From the human T2T-CHM13v2.0 reference genome, Homo sapiens, in NCBI RefSeq assembly GCF_009914755.1, contig NC_060926.1: DNA of 64,000 nucleotides; one strand, given 5' to 3'. This document shows, one piece after another, positions 1 through 19,500 of this stretch. A program made the translations under genes and the position numbers. Every line of letters starts with the position of its first letter. The first letter of the stretch is position 1. The notes under the pieces are model-generated. The model ran no database searches and was not told the origin of the DNA. It saw only the letters and a list, made by a program, of their open reading frames with translations.

Positions 1-2084
1 TTGACCTCTGAGAATGTTCCCTTTTTGGGGGGAGGGGAGTGGGCAGCAAATATGATAGGGAAGAAAAATGTCCTTGCTATTTTAGATGTTTTGTCACATG
101 AAATTTTGAAGTGCATCTCAATCATCCCTAAATTAGCCTATAAATTTGATATGATCCTATTTAAGTTAAAACATTTTAATTTTTGGTGAAACTTAACAAA
201 ATGATATTAGCACAAAGAGCCAATGAAACTCTGGAAGAAAGTAGTAATGAGACGACATTAGCCCTAACAAATGTTATCAGGTAGCTTTCGACACTAAATC
301 TTTGTTCTTAAAATTTTTCATCTGTGAAATAAATAGTCCCTTCCAGTTTAGAAATTATCGTGTTTATCTATATGGAAATTTAATTTTAAAGTAGTTAAGC
401 AGAAGCAGTGTGCCGTGCCTGTGCATGTCTGTCATCTAACTTCAGTCTATACACTAGGGATGGTTAATTAGCATTTGAAGTAACAAACATCAGGTCCCTC
501 CAACCCCCGCCCCAAAGTGATGTATTTGAAGTACTCTAAGCAGGAGTCAACACTCAGAGGTACTCAGCACTGAAGTGCCTCTTTTTCATATAGGAACTTT
601 ATCAAAATCTACACCAGAGAATTTGTTATTATTAAGGAATGATAGAAAATGGTTTTTCATTGGTGGAATGAGTGGTAAAGATGGGCTGGAGGTTTGGAAG
701 ATGGTACGGGCTTTCCCACTCTTTGATGAATAAAGTCTAAGAAGGGCTTGAGGGCAATGTGACTTTCTCTGAGCTACAAAAACAGGGTAGGAGACTGTAT
801 GTATGTATGTATGTGTGTCTAAAGAGTATCTTCTTCCTAAAGTGTTTGCACAGTTGGCAGAATTGGGCACCCACTTGTGCTTTCATTTGAACATACTCAG
901 AAGGTAGGGGTAGAGCTGAGGGGGTTTACAGCCTTTACTGCCAGTCTCTGGAGACCACCAATATGTACAACAAAAACAAACAAAATCAAACAAAATCCCA
1001 AGCAAACAAAAACCTAACAATTGTTACCACCAGGCTATAGATACAGTGAGTGAAAACATCCTAGCTCAGCAAGGAGGGCAGATATGAAAGAGAACAATCT
1101 TCCTCTCCCATCTCCCTCTCCACTACTTCCACACGCTTGTGGTGAGGGGGGAGAAAACATTTAAAATGAAGAGGATAGGTTTTAAATAAGCAGAATGAGA
1201 TGATTTTAGTGAGTGAAAGTGGCTGACAGTTATGAAAGAAAGACTGAGAGAAACTTATGAAGGAGTCTTTAAGGGAACTGCAGGAAAGTGGGGGTTGAAA
1301 AAGCATGGCTAGTTGCAGTTAGTGAAACAGTTTAAACTTTTTCATATTATTTCCTCATCAAATTGAGGCAACTCAAATTAGTTAAATATGCAAATGCTGG
1401 CTCATCCATTTTTTTCTTCTACAAATATAGGCAACAATTCATAGTGAAACAGTGGTTATCTTAGGAAGAGATATACTGAGAAATAGATAACCAAGAAACT
1501 TGGCTAGAGGTTTCTTTCCTTTTTCTTCTAATACATTTTCTTGTATACTTTGACCTTTTTTAAAACAATAGGGCTTATGGATAGAATTATGGGCCATTTT
1601 GTTTTCTACTTCGATACCATATATATCTACACACACACACTCCCTTAATTTTTAAAAGTAATTTTTAATTTTTGAATACGAATTTTAAATTTTTAATAAA
1701 AACATTTATTAAGAATTTTTTTTCTCATTCCAGAACTGGGAGCTCAGTAACGTTGGGGCCATAAGAAAACAAAATGTGTTTATTAGATACAAATTCAACT
1801 GTTACAGTAAACAATGAATATCTCAAGTTTTGATATGAACCTATTTTTAATATAAATGTGTCAAATTATATAGAAGTTCAATATAAAGTACTTTTGACTT
1901 ACTTTTGCAAAGATTGAAAGAACTATGAAAAAAAATTACTGTAATTTTTTTTAAACACATACTGTTCTATGGAAGTATTACACCGAATTACTGCATTGAT
2001 TCCAATGATATTCCAACTGAAATAAAATATTTGAACCACGGCATTAACTCCATTCCTTTTTTGCTGATGTTAGGACATACATTA

Positions 2085-2098
2085 CCACTAGGTGGCAA
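2085..2098 (+). promoter_or_regulatory. CTCF motif
   Basis: CCACTAGGTGGCAA, close to the CTCF core consensus CCASYAGRKGGCRS. Confidence 0.6.
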
Positions 2099-2695
2099 TA
2101 TATAATTAGCATTCCATTTACTTTGCAGCCAAACACATTTGCATTTGCAACATTCAAAGTAGGTAGCAAATACCTTTCAAATATTTATCTAAAATACAGT
2201 ATTGCTCAGAGCATCTTATTAAAACAATACAGTTTAGGGTAATAAAGGAAGCATATCCCTTTTTTTCTGGATTTGAATTCAAATCACTAAAATTCATTAG
2301 TTGGGTTCGATGATTACTAGGACTTAACTGCAAGTTGTACATGCTATATTCTCAAGATATAAGACTAAAAATAAAATATTTATATTAAGATATAAAAATA
2401 AAGAAATGATATCACTGATAAATCATAATGGTTATTTTATGTGTTTTCAGAAACTCTCAAACTAACAAGCACTTTGTTGCAGCTTCATTTATTTGTTTTG
2501 ATATGTTGATATTAATGCAACCCATCTTTAGAAGAGATAGCCAAGTCACTGAAATGTCACTGAAAGAAGAATGAAGACACACAAACAGGATAGTTCTGTT
2601 CCTCTCCTCACAGTACTTCCTCAGGGTGTTACTGGGGAGAGTTTTTGGCCTTGTATTATCAAAAGGTTTGTAACTTTAAAAACAGATGTCCAGTG

Positions 2696-8261
<5,566 letters not shown>

Positions 8262-8294
8262 GTAGAAGCATAAGCAATGATTTTTACAAGCCAT

Positions 8295-8487
8295 AATAAT
8301 AGGTAACATTTATAAGTACTTTTTCAGTTTAGGTGCCATAATTTATGCTAAGTGATTTCCATCAATTATCTCAAATAAATAATCTGCACAACATTCCTTA
8401 TCTCTGTTTTACAAATGAGAGACTAAGGTTTAGAGTAATTTACCCAAGATCACACAGTAGGGAGTGCAGCTGGAATTCCAAAGCCCC
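8295..8487 (-). mobile_element. MIR SINE
   Basis: Core ttttacaaatgagagactaaggtttagag...cccaagatcacacag. Confidence 0.7.
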
Positions 8488-8579
8488 CATAGCACTCACA
8501 GCCCCACACTGGCTATATAGGCTCCAGGCTTCCTTCTCCAGAACCTACTAAATAGCCTTTTAAAAATTCCTTTTCTGAG

Positions 8580-8985
8580 ATAAAAAAGAAATGTGGTATA
8601 TACATATAATGGAATATTATTCAGTCATTGAAAGGAACAAAGTTTTGATACATTCTATAACGTAGATAAACCTTGAAGACACTATGCTAAATGGAGTAAG
8701 CCAGACACAAAAGAACAAATGTATAATCCACTTATATAAAATACGTAAAATAAGCAAATTCATAGAAAAAGTAGAATATAGATTACCAGGGGATGATGGT
8801 ATGGGGGTATGGGGAATTACTTTTTAATGGGTACAGTTTCTGTTGGAGTAATAAAACATTTTTTGAAAATAAATAGTGCTGATGGTTGTACAACACTGTG
8901 AATATAATTAATGCCAATGAACTGTACATTTAAAAATGGTTAAATTGCAAATTTTATGTTATGTATATTTTACCACAATAAATAT
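8580..8985 (+). mobile_element. Old L1 3' end (L1MB-like)
   Basis: atgtggtatatacatataatggaatattattcag...gatggttgtacaacactgtgaat...tatattttaccacaataaa. Confidence 0.8.
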
Positions 8986-10992
8986 TTTTAAATCCCTTTT
9001 CTGCTTATTAAAAAAAAAAAAAAGATGTCCATTACTGACTCGTCACACTACAAGAAGGGAGGTTATATATTTCTGGACCAGAAAGCCAGAGCGCTTCATC
9101 ATTCTAAGTACTGGCCCCAAAGCACTATAAATGTTAGGTTAGCCATCTAATTGGGAACAGGCAACACACTTTATTCATGTTGTGGCACTGATGTGTAGAA
9201 GTGGGTGGGATGAAAACAGATCTGATATGTATCAGGCAGTAGAACAAATTAATGCAATGTATTGTCCTCCCCTCCACTCCCCAGCCATTTGTAGGACAAT
9301 TTGAACATGAACATACACACACACACCCTCCTTTTGGGGAGTTATAGATCCCTTTAAGAAAAGCACAAATGCTCCCTCCTTGAATATAATTTGGGGGTTT
9401 TATACACTGCCAGAAACCCTAAGATTCTGGCCCAAGGTTAAGAATATGTACTATAGGGAAACACTGATTTCCTTGGATTTCAATTTCTGTAAGGATTAGA
9501 CTTTTGATGATCTCAAAGGACTGTCTGGTCTCTAAAACTTAAAAATTATGCTTTTGAAAGAACATTACATTAAGAAAATGTAGAAAAAGCAAGCTAGCTA
9601 GAACATGATGTTGGCAATGAAGCACAACAAAGGCAGTACACAGAGAATGTGAGCGTGGGATCTCAAAAGGTCTGTAAAATGAGAAAAAAGGTTTAGTAAA
9701 AAGTTAAAGGAGGTTTACTAAATAACTTATATTAAATAATTTTGGATTTCTTGAAATTAAGTCAAATTTCTAGATTTTTCCTTTGAAAAGATAAAGCAAA
9801 CTCCGTAACTTACAAATCATTCCAAGTCATTCTTTTTCTGTTTTGTATAAAATAAAAAATCTGAAAAAAATCAAAGCTATAGCCACAAATAGTGTATTTT
9901 CCTATTATATTCACATACTATATTTTTAACCTTAACAAGCCTACTGGCTATAAATACTGTCGAAATGTCAAAATTTAAAAAGGTAAATGACAACAACACC
10001 CTTAGTACCAATATACCAAAAACAACAAAAATCTTAGCATACTCTTAGGAGCATTTTAATACACTAATATTGATATTGTACCATTTCCCAAAGAGTGTGT
10101 TAGAATAGGCCCTCAAGATTTCATGAAGAAGAGGGTTGTATAGGTGAGTTAACATTGGCAAGTGCTGCTCCCTAGAGTTGGCGTGTTGTCCCCAGGTATA
10201 CAAGCTACAGAAGAAGCTAAGCAGCCGGTAAAGACACATATTTAATTTTGTTTAATTAGTGCTTTGATACAAATTCCCATCTGTTTGAATCTATGAATCT
10301 TGGTCTCATTGAACACATTAACATTTCTCACATAGCAAACTATTAAAATGTGGCTGCATGTATTATGGAAAGGCTGGCATTATATATAGAATATTGGGAG
10401 CACTACAATTTATCTGATGGTACTTAACAAGTGATTCACTGAATGAGAGTATCTTGTGGACCTCTAAAGCAGTTGTTGGCTGATGGCTTTAAACATCAGC
10501 TATGTAAAAAAAATTAAAAGGTAGTCTCTGTGTTTCAAATTTAGGTGAGTATGGAACAGTTTTTGTATTGGCAAGTCTTATGCAAGTCAGCTACTATGGA
10601 AGGAACACACTTTAAACTTTGGGGGAAATCACTGTTTTGTTTCATCTTTCATTTTGGTCGAGCTTGGTGACAGGTTTTATATTAAAAGCTTCTCAGCTCT
10701 GGAGTGGAATGTTCAGTTTTTTTCCTCTAGACACACTAAGTAATGTGTTTTTAAAGTTATACTATGTAATGTCTAGCCCCTAAGAAATGTAGCATAGGCA
10801 TGTATTTAAAAAAAGGTGTTTTGAAGAATACGTCAATTCAGAAAATGATCCAATATAATGATTCCCAAATCATTTTGGGTGGAGCAAGACTCCCACCCCT
10901 TCTTTTTGTTACACTTTCCAGTGGAAAAAGTTAGTTACAATAAGAAAATATCACTGCATGGGAAAAAATTGGGAGAGAAGGGAGATATGCAT

Positions 10993-10995
<3 letters not shown>

Positions 10996-11034
<39 letters not shown>
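10996..11034 (+). repeat. (CA)n microsatellite
   Basis: About 19 uninterrupted AC units. Confidence 0.95.
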
Positions 11035-11036
<2 letters not shown>

Positions 11037-11879
11037 CTAAACAATAGGGGTATAAATCATTCCTTTTTTGAATACAGCACTATGATATCTTAAAAAGTCC
11101 AAAAAGCCTGTTGTTTAAATATACACCAGCAAACAGTATAAGATTAGCCAACGGATCCTAGACAAACTAAATTGGTGATGGTAATGCCATCCTAACAGTA
11201 ATCTATAAGAAAGAATAGTGGGAATCAAACACCATGGTCAACTCAGGGACAGTCACTGGTTAAAACGTTGCTGGAGTGTTAGCACGCGCAGTGGAGCCTA
11301 AGAGCGATGCATGCAGAGTTGCACGGCAGCCAGGGTTCTTAGAACTCCGAAAGAGTGCTTAATAAACTCTGGTAAGGCAACAATTAAAGTCTATTAGTAC
11401 AAACATTTAATAATTCTTCATAATTCACCAGCTTCTAGTGGACCACCATAATTTATACCAAAATGAAAATCAGGATGTGCATGTCATTGCCTCTAAGAAA
11501 GGCCGTTTTGAATCAGTCTGTGGTCCCTTAGAAGGACTCTCCCAGCCCACCTGTAGGAACTGAACTGCATTTCCTTGAATTACAGATCTTGGATAGCACT
11601 TTGGATTAGTAATCATATGTTAAGGCTTTCGATCTCATTTACATTATTGAACTGATGTTTAATCTGGAACATGACAGTGTCTTTTATCTTGCACTAAAAT
11701 AGGGATTATAATCGTTGTTCCTTAACTACAACACAGGAATATGACAATTGATCAAATGACAGCAGTGAGATTTATCTGCTAAGAGAAAAGTAAACTCACT
11801 AGAATGTTCTTTTGTTAACACATGCAGAATTAATGCATAATGATGCTAGAAAATAATCCTCATATAGAAACATGATTAC

Positions 11880-12087
11880 CGTGTGATGCAATCTTCTGCC
11901 TGCTTCTCATTGTTCATCTTGTGATATAGCACAGCGGCCACTGCCAGGGGGCCTGCATCCCCACAAAGGAAGGTGATGGAGCGCTTGGTTAAGCAGTTCA
12001 GACTTTGCTTTACATAGCCATGTGCTAACTGTAGGTAGGCAGGGTCCCCAAATACATCATAAAGATGTAAGTAAAGCACAGCAATAC
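11880..12087 (-). CDS. LANCL1: LANCL1 third coding exon (IAVLYLHLYDVFGDPAY...TFLCGDAGPLAVAAVLYHKMNNEKQAEDCITR)
   Basis: Overlaps ORF 11876..12079; T15-CAG acceptor at 12105-12088, GTAATC donor from 11879; 208 nt, phase 1 to phase 2; FLCGDAG LanC repeat motif. Confidence 0.97.
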
Positions 12088-12569
12088 CTGAAAAAAAAAA
12101 AAAAAGGAAACAATGTAAAGATGAGGAAAGGCAGTTATTTTATTATTTTTGGCATGGTGTCTACTCAGCAGCGATTTTTGATAACCTGTAGCAAATTTAT
12201 TAATGATCTGGAAGTTTGGGTGACTTTAATTCTAGGCTCAGCTCTATTAGTAAGCAACTCTACGAACCAGCATAAGCCAACCACTTACTTGTCCTCAGTT
12301 TCCTCATTATGACAACTCTATTAAATAATAAGGTCTCTACGGCTCTGGCCAATAAAGAGACACACAGCCTATTATTAGTCTTTGTTGTACTCTGGTTATT
12401 GTGTTAATGTATTCTTCTTGATGTCGAAATGATGTGTCATTAAACTAGGGTTCCAAATAAATGTAATTGATTTACCAATAATTATTTAATAAGAAAGGGT
12501 TTGTTGTGAACTAAAGAAATTCAAAGACCAGGGAATGAAAATTTCAATTTCTCTTTACGTAAAAGTTTG

Positions 12570-12603
<34 letters not shown>

Positions 12604-14609
12604 GTGAAAAGGTAGTTAATGTAACCAAATCCCCTGCCCCAGTATCCTTCCAGGCAGGGATTATAAGAAAGTTATTTGATAGCTGAGAAAAAATATTCAA
12701 CCCCTAGATTTTTTTCTGTCGAGGGCCCACCTACTTTGGTAAATGTAATGTAAAAGCCACCAATGACTTTTGCCTTGGGCTCTACTTGATCAGTTTCTTA
12801 CCCTACTCTTGAAGCCTGAAATATGTAATAGAGGCATTGTCTGCATGTCCTTATTTCAAATGCCTGTCACAGTGGAAAGAGCCTTCCCTCTGAAGCTAAC
12901 TGGTCTCAGGGCAGACTCAAAGATGTGGAGTAGGAAGCCTGCCTGCCTGCCTGCAGCATATCCAGAAACCCATTTTTTCCCTTGAAGTACATTTTCCATC
13001 TCATTTGCGATTTTTAGAAGACACAGAACCTCTGTTTAAATTTAAATTAATAGAGCCAATCTTCACGGATTTCAATGCAGTAAAAATGCTGTCTGCAAAA
13101 TTACTTTCCCTGTACTGAGGACAATTTTAAATTTAGATAGTTTTCTCATTTTGCATGGGTAATCTCCAAAGCTTTGTGCTACAGACAATTCAATTTCACA
13201 TGTATATTAAGGCCAAATTTTCATTTCCTGCCAAAGTTAATAACCTTGACTGCTCTTTCAAAGTGGCTTGGTGTTAGTAATCCCACAAGCTGATGATCAG
13301 ATGCATCAATGCTTAAGGTTTGTAGACAAGTGTACAAAACCTTGTGTGTAGGTAAGAAAAAAAAAAAAACCCTTTTCACAAATGATTGATGTCAAGAGCT
13401 TCTTCTAAAATTAGGTCCTTAATAGGCTTCATCTCCATCCATATCACGCATCTGCAGGTGATCCATTTAAATTGTTAACCTTTCATTTTGCCCTCCTATT
13501 CCCATTGCTGCCTGAACTCTCCTAGTTAAGTTATGTAAGCACCAAAGCCAGATAATGACATGATGGAGATCTGAGAAAATAAAAAGTGATTAAACACAAG
13601 CCCAGTGATTGTTTTTCTTTCAGATCTTTGTCTCTCATTAGCAACAATTCCTCTTGGCTTAACTATTTAACAAACAAAACCTATTAAGGCTTGCAATTGT
13701 AAGATTTGGTGTATTTCTCATGAAAAACAGGTAATCATTTCTCAAGTCTCACAAGAGTACATTTGGATTAAAACTTTCTTTTTGATAGGCAGAGAATTAT
13801 CTTTCTAGTTTCTGGGATTCCACAATCTCATGTTCCAGTTCTCCCCTACCTCTCATTTGGGCCTCTGGGTCTGTGGATTTTGATAAGCAATCTTCTGCAG
13901 ATGATAGTTTACTGTGTCTACATTCCCTGTCACAGAACATCCATGGTGGAAAAGGACTTTAAGTGGTGAGTGCTGCTGCCAATTAGAAAAAGTTTCCTGC
14001 ACATGCTTATTATAAATCAGCCCAGGTCAGGAAAATAAGACAAAATGTATTATGTCACAGACATTTAATACCTCATCAGTATTTTATATAATAGAAAATA
14101 ATAGAATGTGTCCTAATGACAGAAAAAAGGGAGGACTGCTTGTGGCCAAATGTCTTAAACCTGATCTTTATGGTCCTCAACTGTTGACAATAACCATGCA
14201 TACACCACCACCTTTGAATCAATACCAAAGACTCAGGGATGGTTGGCAAGGTGGGAAATAAAAACACAACTTCACGGGCTTTGCAGGGAAAATTCACCCA
14301 GTCCTAATACATACTTGTGGGCCTGGCTTCAGTCAATGCCTAGAAATGCCTTCAAATGCAATGTTTATCAAAATATATATGTTCTTCATGGAAAAAATTA
14401 TACAGTACTGAAAGATTTAATATGCAAAACACCAGTCCTCTGGTTTACTGTGTTCCTGCCTTCCAGAGGCAACCATTTTCATCAGTTTCAGCCATTTTCT
14501 CTAGTATCTGTCTATTTCTAATAATATGCTTATGTGCTATCTGTTAAGTTTTCTATGTCAGATATTTCTGACTCATATTCTACTCTAGAAAATGAGGAGT
14601 TAGCTCTTG

Positions 14610-15078
14610 TGATGGAGAGTAAGTGGTTTTCCAAATGTATCTTGCCTTTCTCTCAACAATAATGCCCTGGATTTTAGCTGGGCACAGGCTGCTAAGAACA
14701 ATTTTCTTCACAGCCGGGTATGGCTATGTGGCGAAGTTCTGAACAACAGGATGCAGTGGGAGTAGTGGAGGCAACTTTGGAAAATGTTCTTGAAGGGAAG
14801 GCACTGGCGATTTATTTCCTTTTCTACTTTCTTCCTGGCTGGAATACAGATGTGATGGTGCAGCTAGAGCAGTCATCGTCTAAGGACCATGAGTTGGAAG
14901 CTCTGTGCTGAGGGTGGTAAAGTTTCAAAGATCAAAGCCACCTAATCCTGGAGGACTGTGAAGCTGCCACACCAGTCCATGGATTGCCTACTTACATAAG
15001 AGAAAAATAAACTTCGGTTCTGTTAAAGCCACTGTTATTTTAGATGTATTGCCATGTCCTGGTAGGCCTAATCCTAAG
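14610..15078 (+). mobile_element. ERVL solo LTR (LTR16-like)
   Basis: Diverged LTR16-type motifs (cctggctggaatacagatgtgatgg; aataaacttc...ttaaagccactgtt...cctaatcctaa). Confidence 0.6.
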
Positions 15079-15099
15079 GAAGACAGCTCTTCTCAAAGC

Positions 15100-15530
15100 T
15101 AGAGAGGCAGGCAGAAGCTAGATTACACAGAGTCTAGCAGGCCAGTTAGGATTTGGAGTTTCATTTGAAATGCACCCATTTTAAGCGTGGGAAGAATATA
15201 CTTAGATTTGTTTTGTTAAAAGTTCACCATAACTGCACTGTAAGGTTTGCAAGGGAGTGTATGAAACAGTGGATGCAGGAGGAACAGTTAGGAGGATGCT
15301 TCAGGAGTAGGAGCGAGACACAGGGTGGGTGGTGCAATACAGATCTTGTCAGAATGAACTGGAAAGATACCTGTCTAGAAAGTAAAATCAGCAGAACCTG
15401 GTGGGGGATGGCGGAGAAGAAGATGTCAAAATGCCTCCCGATGACTAACTTCAACAGCTAAATGGAAAATGGTGCCATCCACTGAGATGGCAAACCCCTC
15501 TGTTGGAGAATCAGGTTTGGGAGGAAAGAG
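15100..15530 (-). mobile_element. L2 LINE fragment
   Basis: Purine-rich L2-like text (ggtgccatccactgagatgg, aggtttgggagg). Confidence 0.55.
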
Positions 15531-16009
15531 TACAGTTGTATCCATTAATAAATTCATTCCCAAATATGATTCTATTCTCTGAAGGACACTTAATGAGAAA
15601 AAACATTTCTACTGACTTCTAACATAACAGCCAAAATTGTTCGAGTTTTGACAAAGAATGATGTAGGCAGTTTCATCTTTTTAATATTTTCTTTCATCTT
15701 TTTATCAAAGAATATGCATCTACTTTAAAATGTGACAAAAGCCGGTTTTAGCCAAGTGTATTCTTGGGCTTAAATTTGAATATCACATTACATTTCCTTT
15801 TGTGCTGTCTGCTAAGCAAAAAATAGAGTGGAGACATGCTTCCTTCCCTTCATCTTCTCTTCTAGACCAGAAAAAACTTGAATGAGATTTAAATTTTGAT
15901 TGAACTTAATTGTAAAAATCTGCTCTAAACTGATCTAGAGTTTAGAATTATTTTATATTTAATAAATGGTGTTACTAAATGTCATATTCGTAAGTATGAC
16001 TATTATGTA

Positions 16010-16143
16010 TATCCACAAGCAGAAGAATGAAATTTGAACCTCATTTTATACTATATACAAAAGTCAACTCAAAATGGACTAAAGACTTAGACTTAAGACC
16101 AGAAACTGTAAAACAACTAGAAGAAAACATAGAAGAAAATCTA
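16010..16143 (+). mobile_element. Short L1 ORF2 fragment
   Basis: Translates as YTKVNSKWTKDLDLRPETVKQLEENIEE. Confidence 0.8.
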
Positions 16144-16204
16144 CACATCCAGATGTATAGTACTTTGAATTACTACTCCTGCAACCTGCCTGGTTCATCT
16201 AGAA

Positions 16205-16408
16205 GTGCAGTGTCCAGTATGATACCCTCTAACCATAAATGTCTACAGTAATATAAGTTAATTAAAAGTAAACACAATTTAAAATTCAATCTTAGTCATG
16301 CTAGCCACATTTAGAATGTTCAATAGCCACATGTGGCTAGTGGCTGTCGCGATGGAAATAACAACATTTCCATTACTGCAGAACATTCCAAGGAGAGTAC
16401 TGCTCTGA
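16205..16408. mobile_element. hAT-Charlie MITE (MER33/MER3-like)
   Basis: Diagnostic palindrome tagccacatgtggctagtggct. Confidence 0.65.
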
Positions 16409-16512
16409 AGACCAGGAATAGATGTCATTCCGTACAAGAAGTTCAGGAAGTCTGGCACTGCCTGTCAGTTTACCCTAAGAATTTCTTGGTCTTGAAATGT
16501 TGATAACTATTA

Positions 16513-16558
16513 AAAACAAACAAACAAACAAACAAACAAACAAACAAACAAACAAACA
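16513..16558 (+). repeat. (AAAC)n tetranucleotide repeat
   Basis: About 11 units. Confidence 0.95.
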
Positions 16559-19500
16559 TGCTGTGAGGACCAAATAAAATTCCTGTTGTAATAGGAATCA
16601 GTCCTGGCTTCAGCACGAAAGCTGTGAACTAGATTTTTTTTTTTTTCCTGTAGCTACTACCCTGGGGATGGGAGGGTAAATTATTTAGGGACACTTCTAA
16701 ATCTGCAATTTCCTTACTCAGGAACTTATGCCAAGCAGTACTATAAATACAGCCAGCTGTTGAGAAGTAATTAATACTAAGCCTTTGAATTTCTGACGGA
16801 TCATTAGTCCTATTCATTTTGGCCAATCAAGACCTTGCTGTGTCTCATATGCATATGGAGATAAAAATCTCCACAGATACATGAATCTCTCAAAATACTT
16901 TTCTGCGATTTTGCATTCTACAGATTATTCCTCAACATTTTTCATTTGTTTTACGACCAGCTTACAGTGATGTAAAAAGCTTTGTGCCACGGTACGTTAG
17001 CTCTGTGAGGCATTTTCGTGCAGTTCAAGGGCATTTAAAGACTCCCTTCATGTACTCTGGTAGGGAAAATCATGTTCAGATTTTAGATCTACAAGGCTCA
17101 CTGGAGGTGCTTAACTAACACTCATTAGTTTAGAATGACATGGAGACAGGAACTTCCCAAAGGAGGGGGCACTTGGGTGTTCCAATCTAAGTTCAAATAC
17201 ATTTTTCCCTACTTGAAACGTTAATGGCTCATCAATTATTATGTTTTCTTCTTTTCAGATTTATGAAAAAATAAGAAGTGAAAGTATTCTCTGACTGCAA
17301 GTATGACCACCTGTCTTTCTATATCAGGTTGATAATTTCTAACATGTTCCTTTGTAATTGTTTCTCAATTTTGTGCTGAATGTTGACCATGTGCATTTCC
17401 ATTTCTTCAACAAAATCACATTTGTCTTTAGAGCACTGTTGTTACTGTGCACAGCACTCTCCCCATGCCTGAACTGTCAACAATCCACTGAGTAGGACAT
17501 ATGCCCAGCTGTCTGACTAAAGCTGAGCATTGTGGGCCGTGGCTTTCAAATACTCCAGTGCTTTCACAGATGATCTGGGGAGGAAACTAGTGACTCCACA
17601 CCTTTAATTTAATAATATTGCCCCAAACAAATGAGTAAAACAGAGAATAAAGAGGGCAAATAAGTACTCTGAAGATGTGTCTTTTCTTTTCTTCTTAATT
17701 TCAGAGCTGACTAACCAATAGAAAATAAGATGAAAAAAACAAAACAAAAAAACAGGGAAACATTGTTTTCCTTCCCCCAGTGCCCTGTAGCCCACCAACT
17801 ATGAATTGGGCACTGTGCTAAGTGTTGACGTTACTGGAATGAAAATGACAAACACCAAGCCTTCTTGGTGTTGGCTGTAAAAGTCAGATTGTTTAGATAT
17901 GTCTTCTTTCCTTCCTACTTTTTTCTGATCTGTTTCACACTCTCATCCTACTCTGGTTCACTCAAGCCCAATGGTGGTGTCTAAACTCCACAATTGCATT
18001 CATCTATCTAGTGGCCATTGTGAAGTGCTCTAATGAATCCAGCGTAAATCCATGCCCATAGCTCTTTCTACTTGTCCTAACACCTCTGGCTGGGTGGGAT
18101 AGGTGCATCTAATGAAGGTGAAGGTGAAGGACACTTGGCCAGGGCTCAAATTAAACACTGAAATGCTGGCTCTGATGAAGAGCTACTTACAAACAGATCA
18201 AATTGCAAAGAGAAGACACCTGGCCAGAGTGACTCCTTTCAAGTAAGTCTGGTGTCAGCAGTAACTAATACCCACATGTGAAATCTGCAGCTCAAAGGCT
18301 ATACATTTGGTAGATCAGAGGAACAGCATCTTGAAACACTATAATGACTTGCATTTAGAGTGCAAGTTAATATTACTCTAGGGATTATGCTACATATCCT
18401 CTTGTTTAAAATGTTATCTAATATTTGAAAAGAGGAAATACATGCCAATTTTAGCCTCATTAACTTTGTGAGTCGGTTACAGAAGATTGGGTCATGTCTT
18501 TCAGAACAGAAGTCCCTAGAGTCCTGTATGTATTTTTTTTTTTAAGTGTGAGCTGATCATCATTTCCCCTAAGAATCGTCACAGTTAAGAGTGGGAAAAA
18601 AAATGAAATAAGGGCTAGCATTTTCCCTTATTGTCTCTTAAAGACAGTAGTGAGATCAGCCATCCCTTGGGTTTACTTAACTTTTCTACTATGTTATCTG
18701 CAAGGGAAGGAATCTTTTTGATTAAATGTTTATTTCTAACACAAGAACACCTTATCTGCTCATTTAATCCTTTATAATAACAATTCCTTACCAGTGTTTT
18801 GTGGTTTCCATTTTATAAAGCACTTTAGAATGTTCTCCCCACTAGCACCTACAGTCTACCTGGATCAAAACCCAGACCAGCTCCATGGCAGGTAGCATTA
18901 CGTTCTCTGGTGAGACCCCAGTGATCTCTGGACACCACTGGGAACCACTCAGTAGCTGACCAGTGGATTTGATCTTAAGGGGCCTCCAGGCTTGCTATTT
19001 TTCTGTACTGTCTGCTGCTATGTGTAGAGTCATATATAACAACTCTTAATGGGGTTCCTAAATAACTAAAATGTGTCCCCTGCTACACAAGCCATGAGCA
19101 CATAATTCCGGTAAGTCTACTGGGAAAAGATTAAGGCTAAAAATGAACAACTCAATGCTTATTGCAGGCATATGTCATACATCAATATCATGATGCATTA
19201 CGCTCCCATGTACTAAATTTTACAAAGGAGAATTTTGGTGAAAAGAACTGAGGCTGTTCATTCAAAATATCACTTATTAACAGCTGCAGGAGCTACCAAT
19301 TGATTTCAGACTATGGATGATAATTCACTTGAGAAGATCTTTAAGCCTTTTCAAAAAGAAGCAATTATGAGGAAAAGCTTCTGTCTCGGCCCAATTAATT
19401 TTCTATCCTGAAACCATGCTGAATATATTAATACAAGATTAGGAAGGGGAAAAACACCTTCTATAGAAAAACACTGGAGATTTTTTCATTTTTCTAGCTG

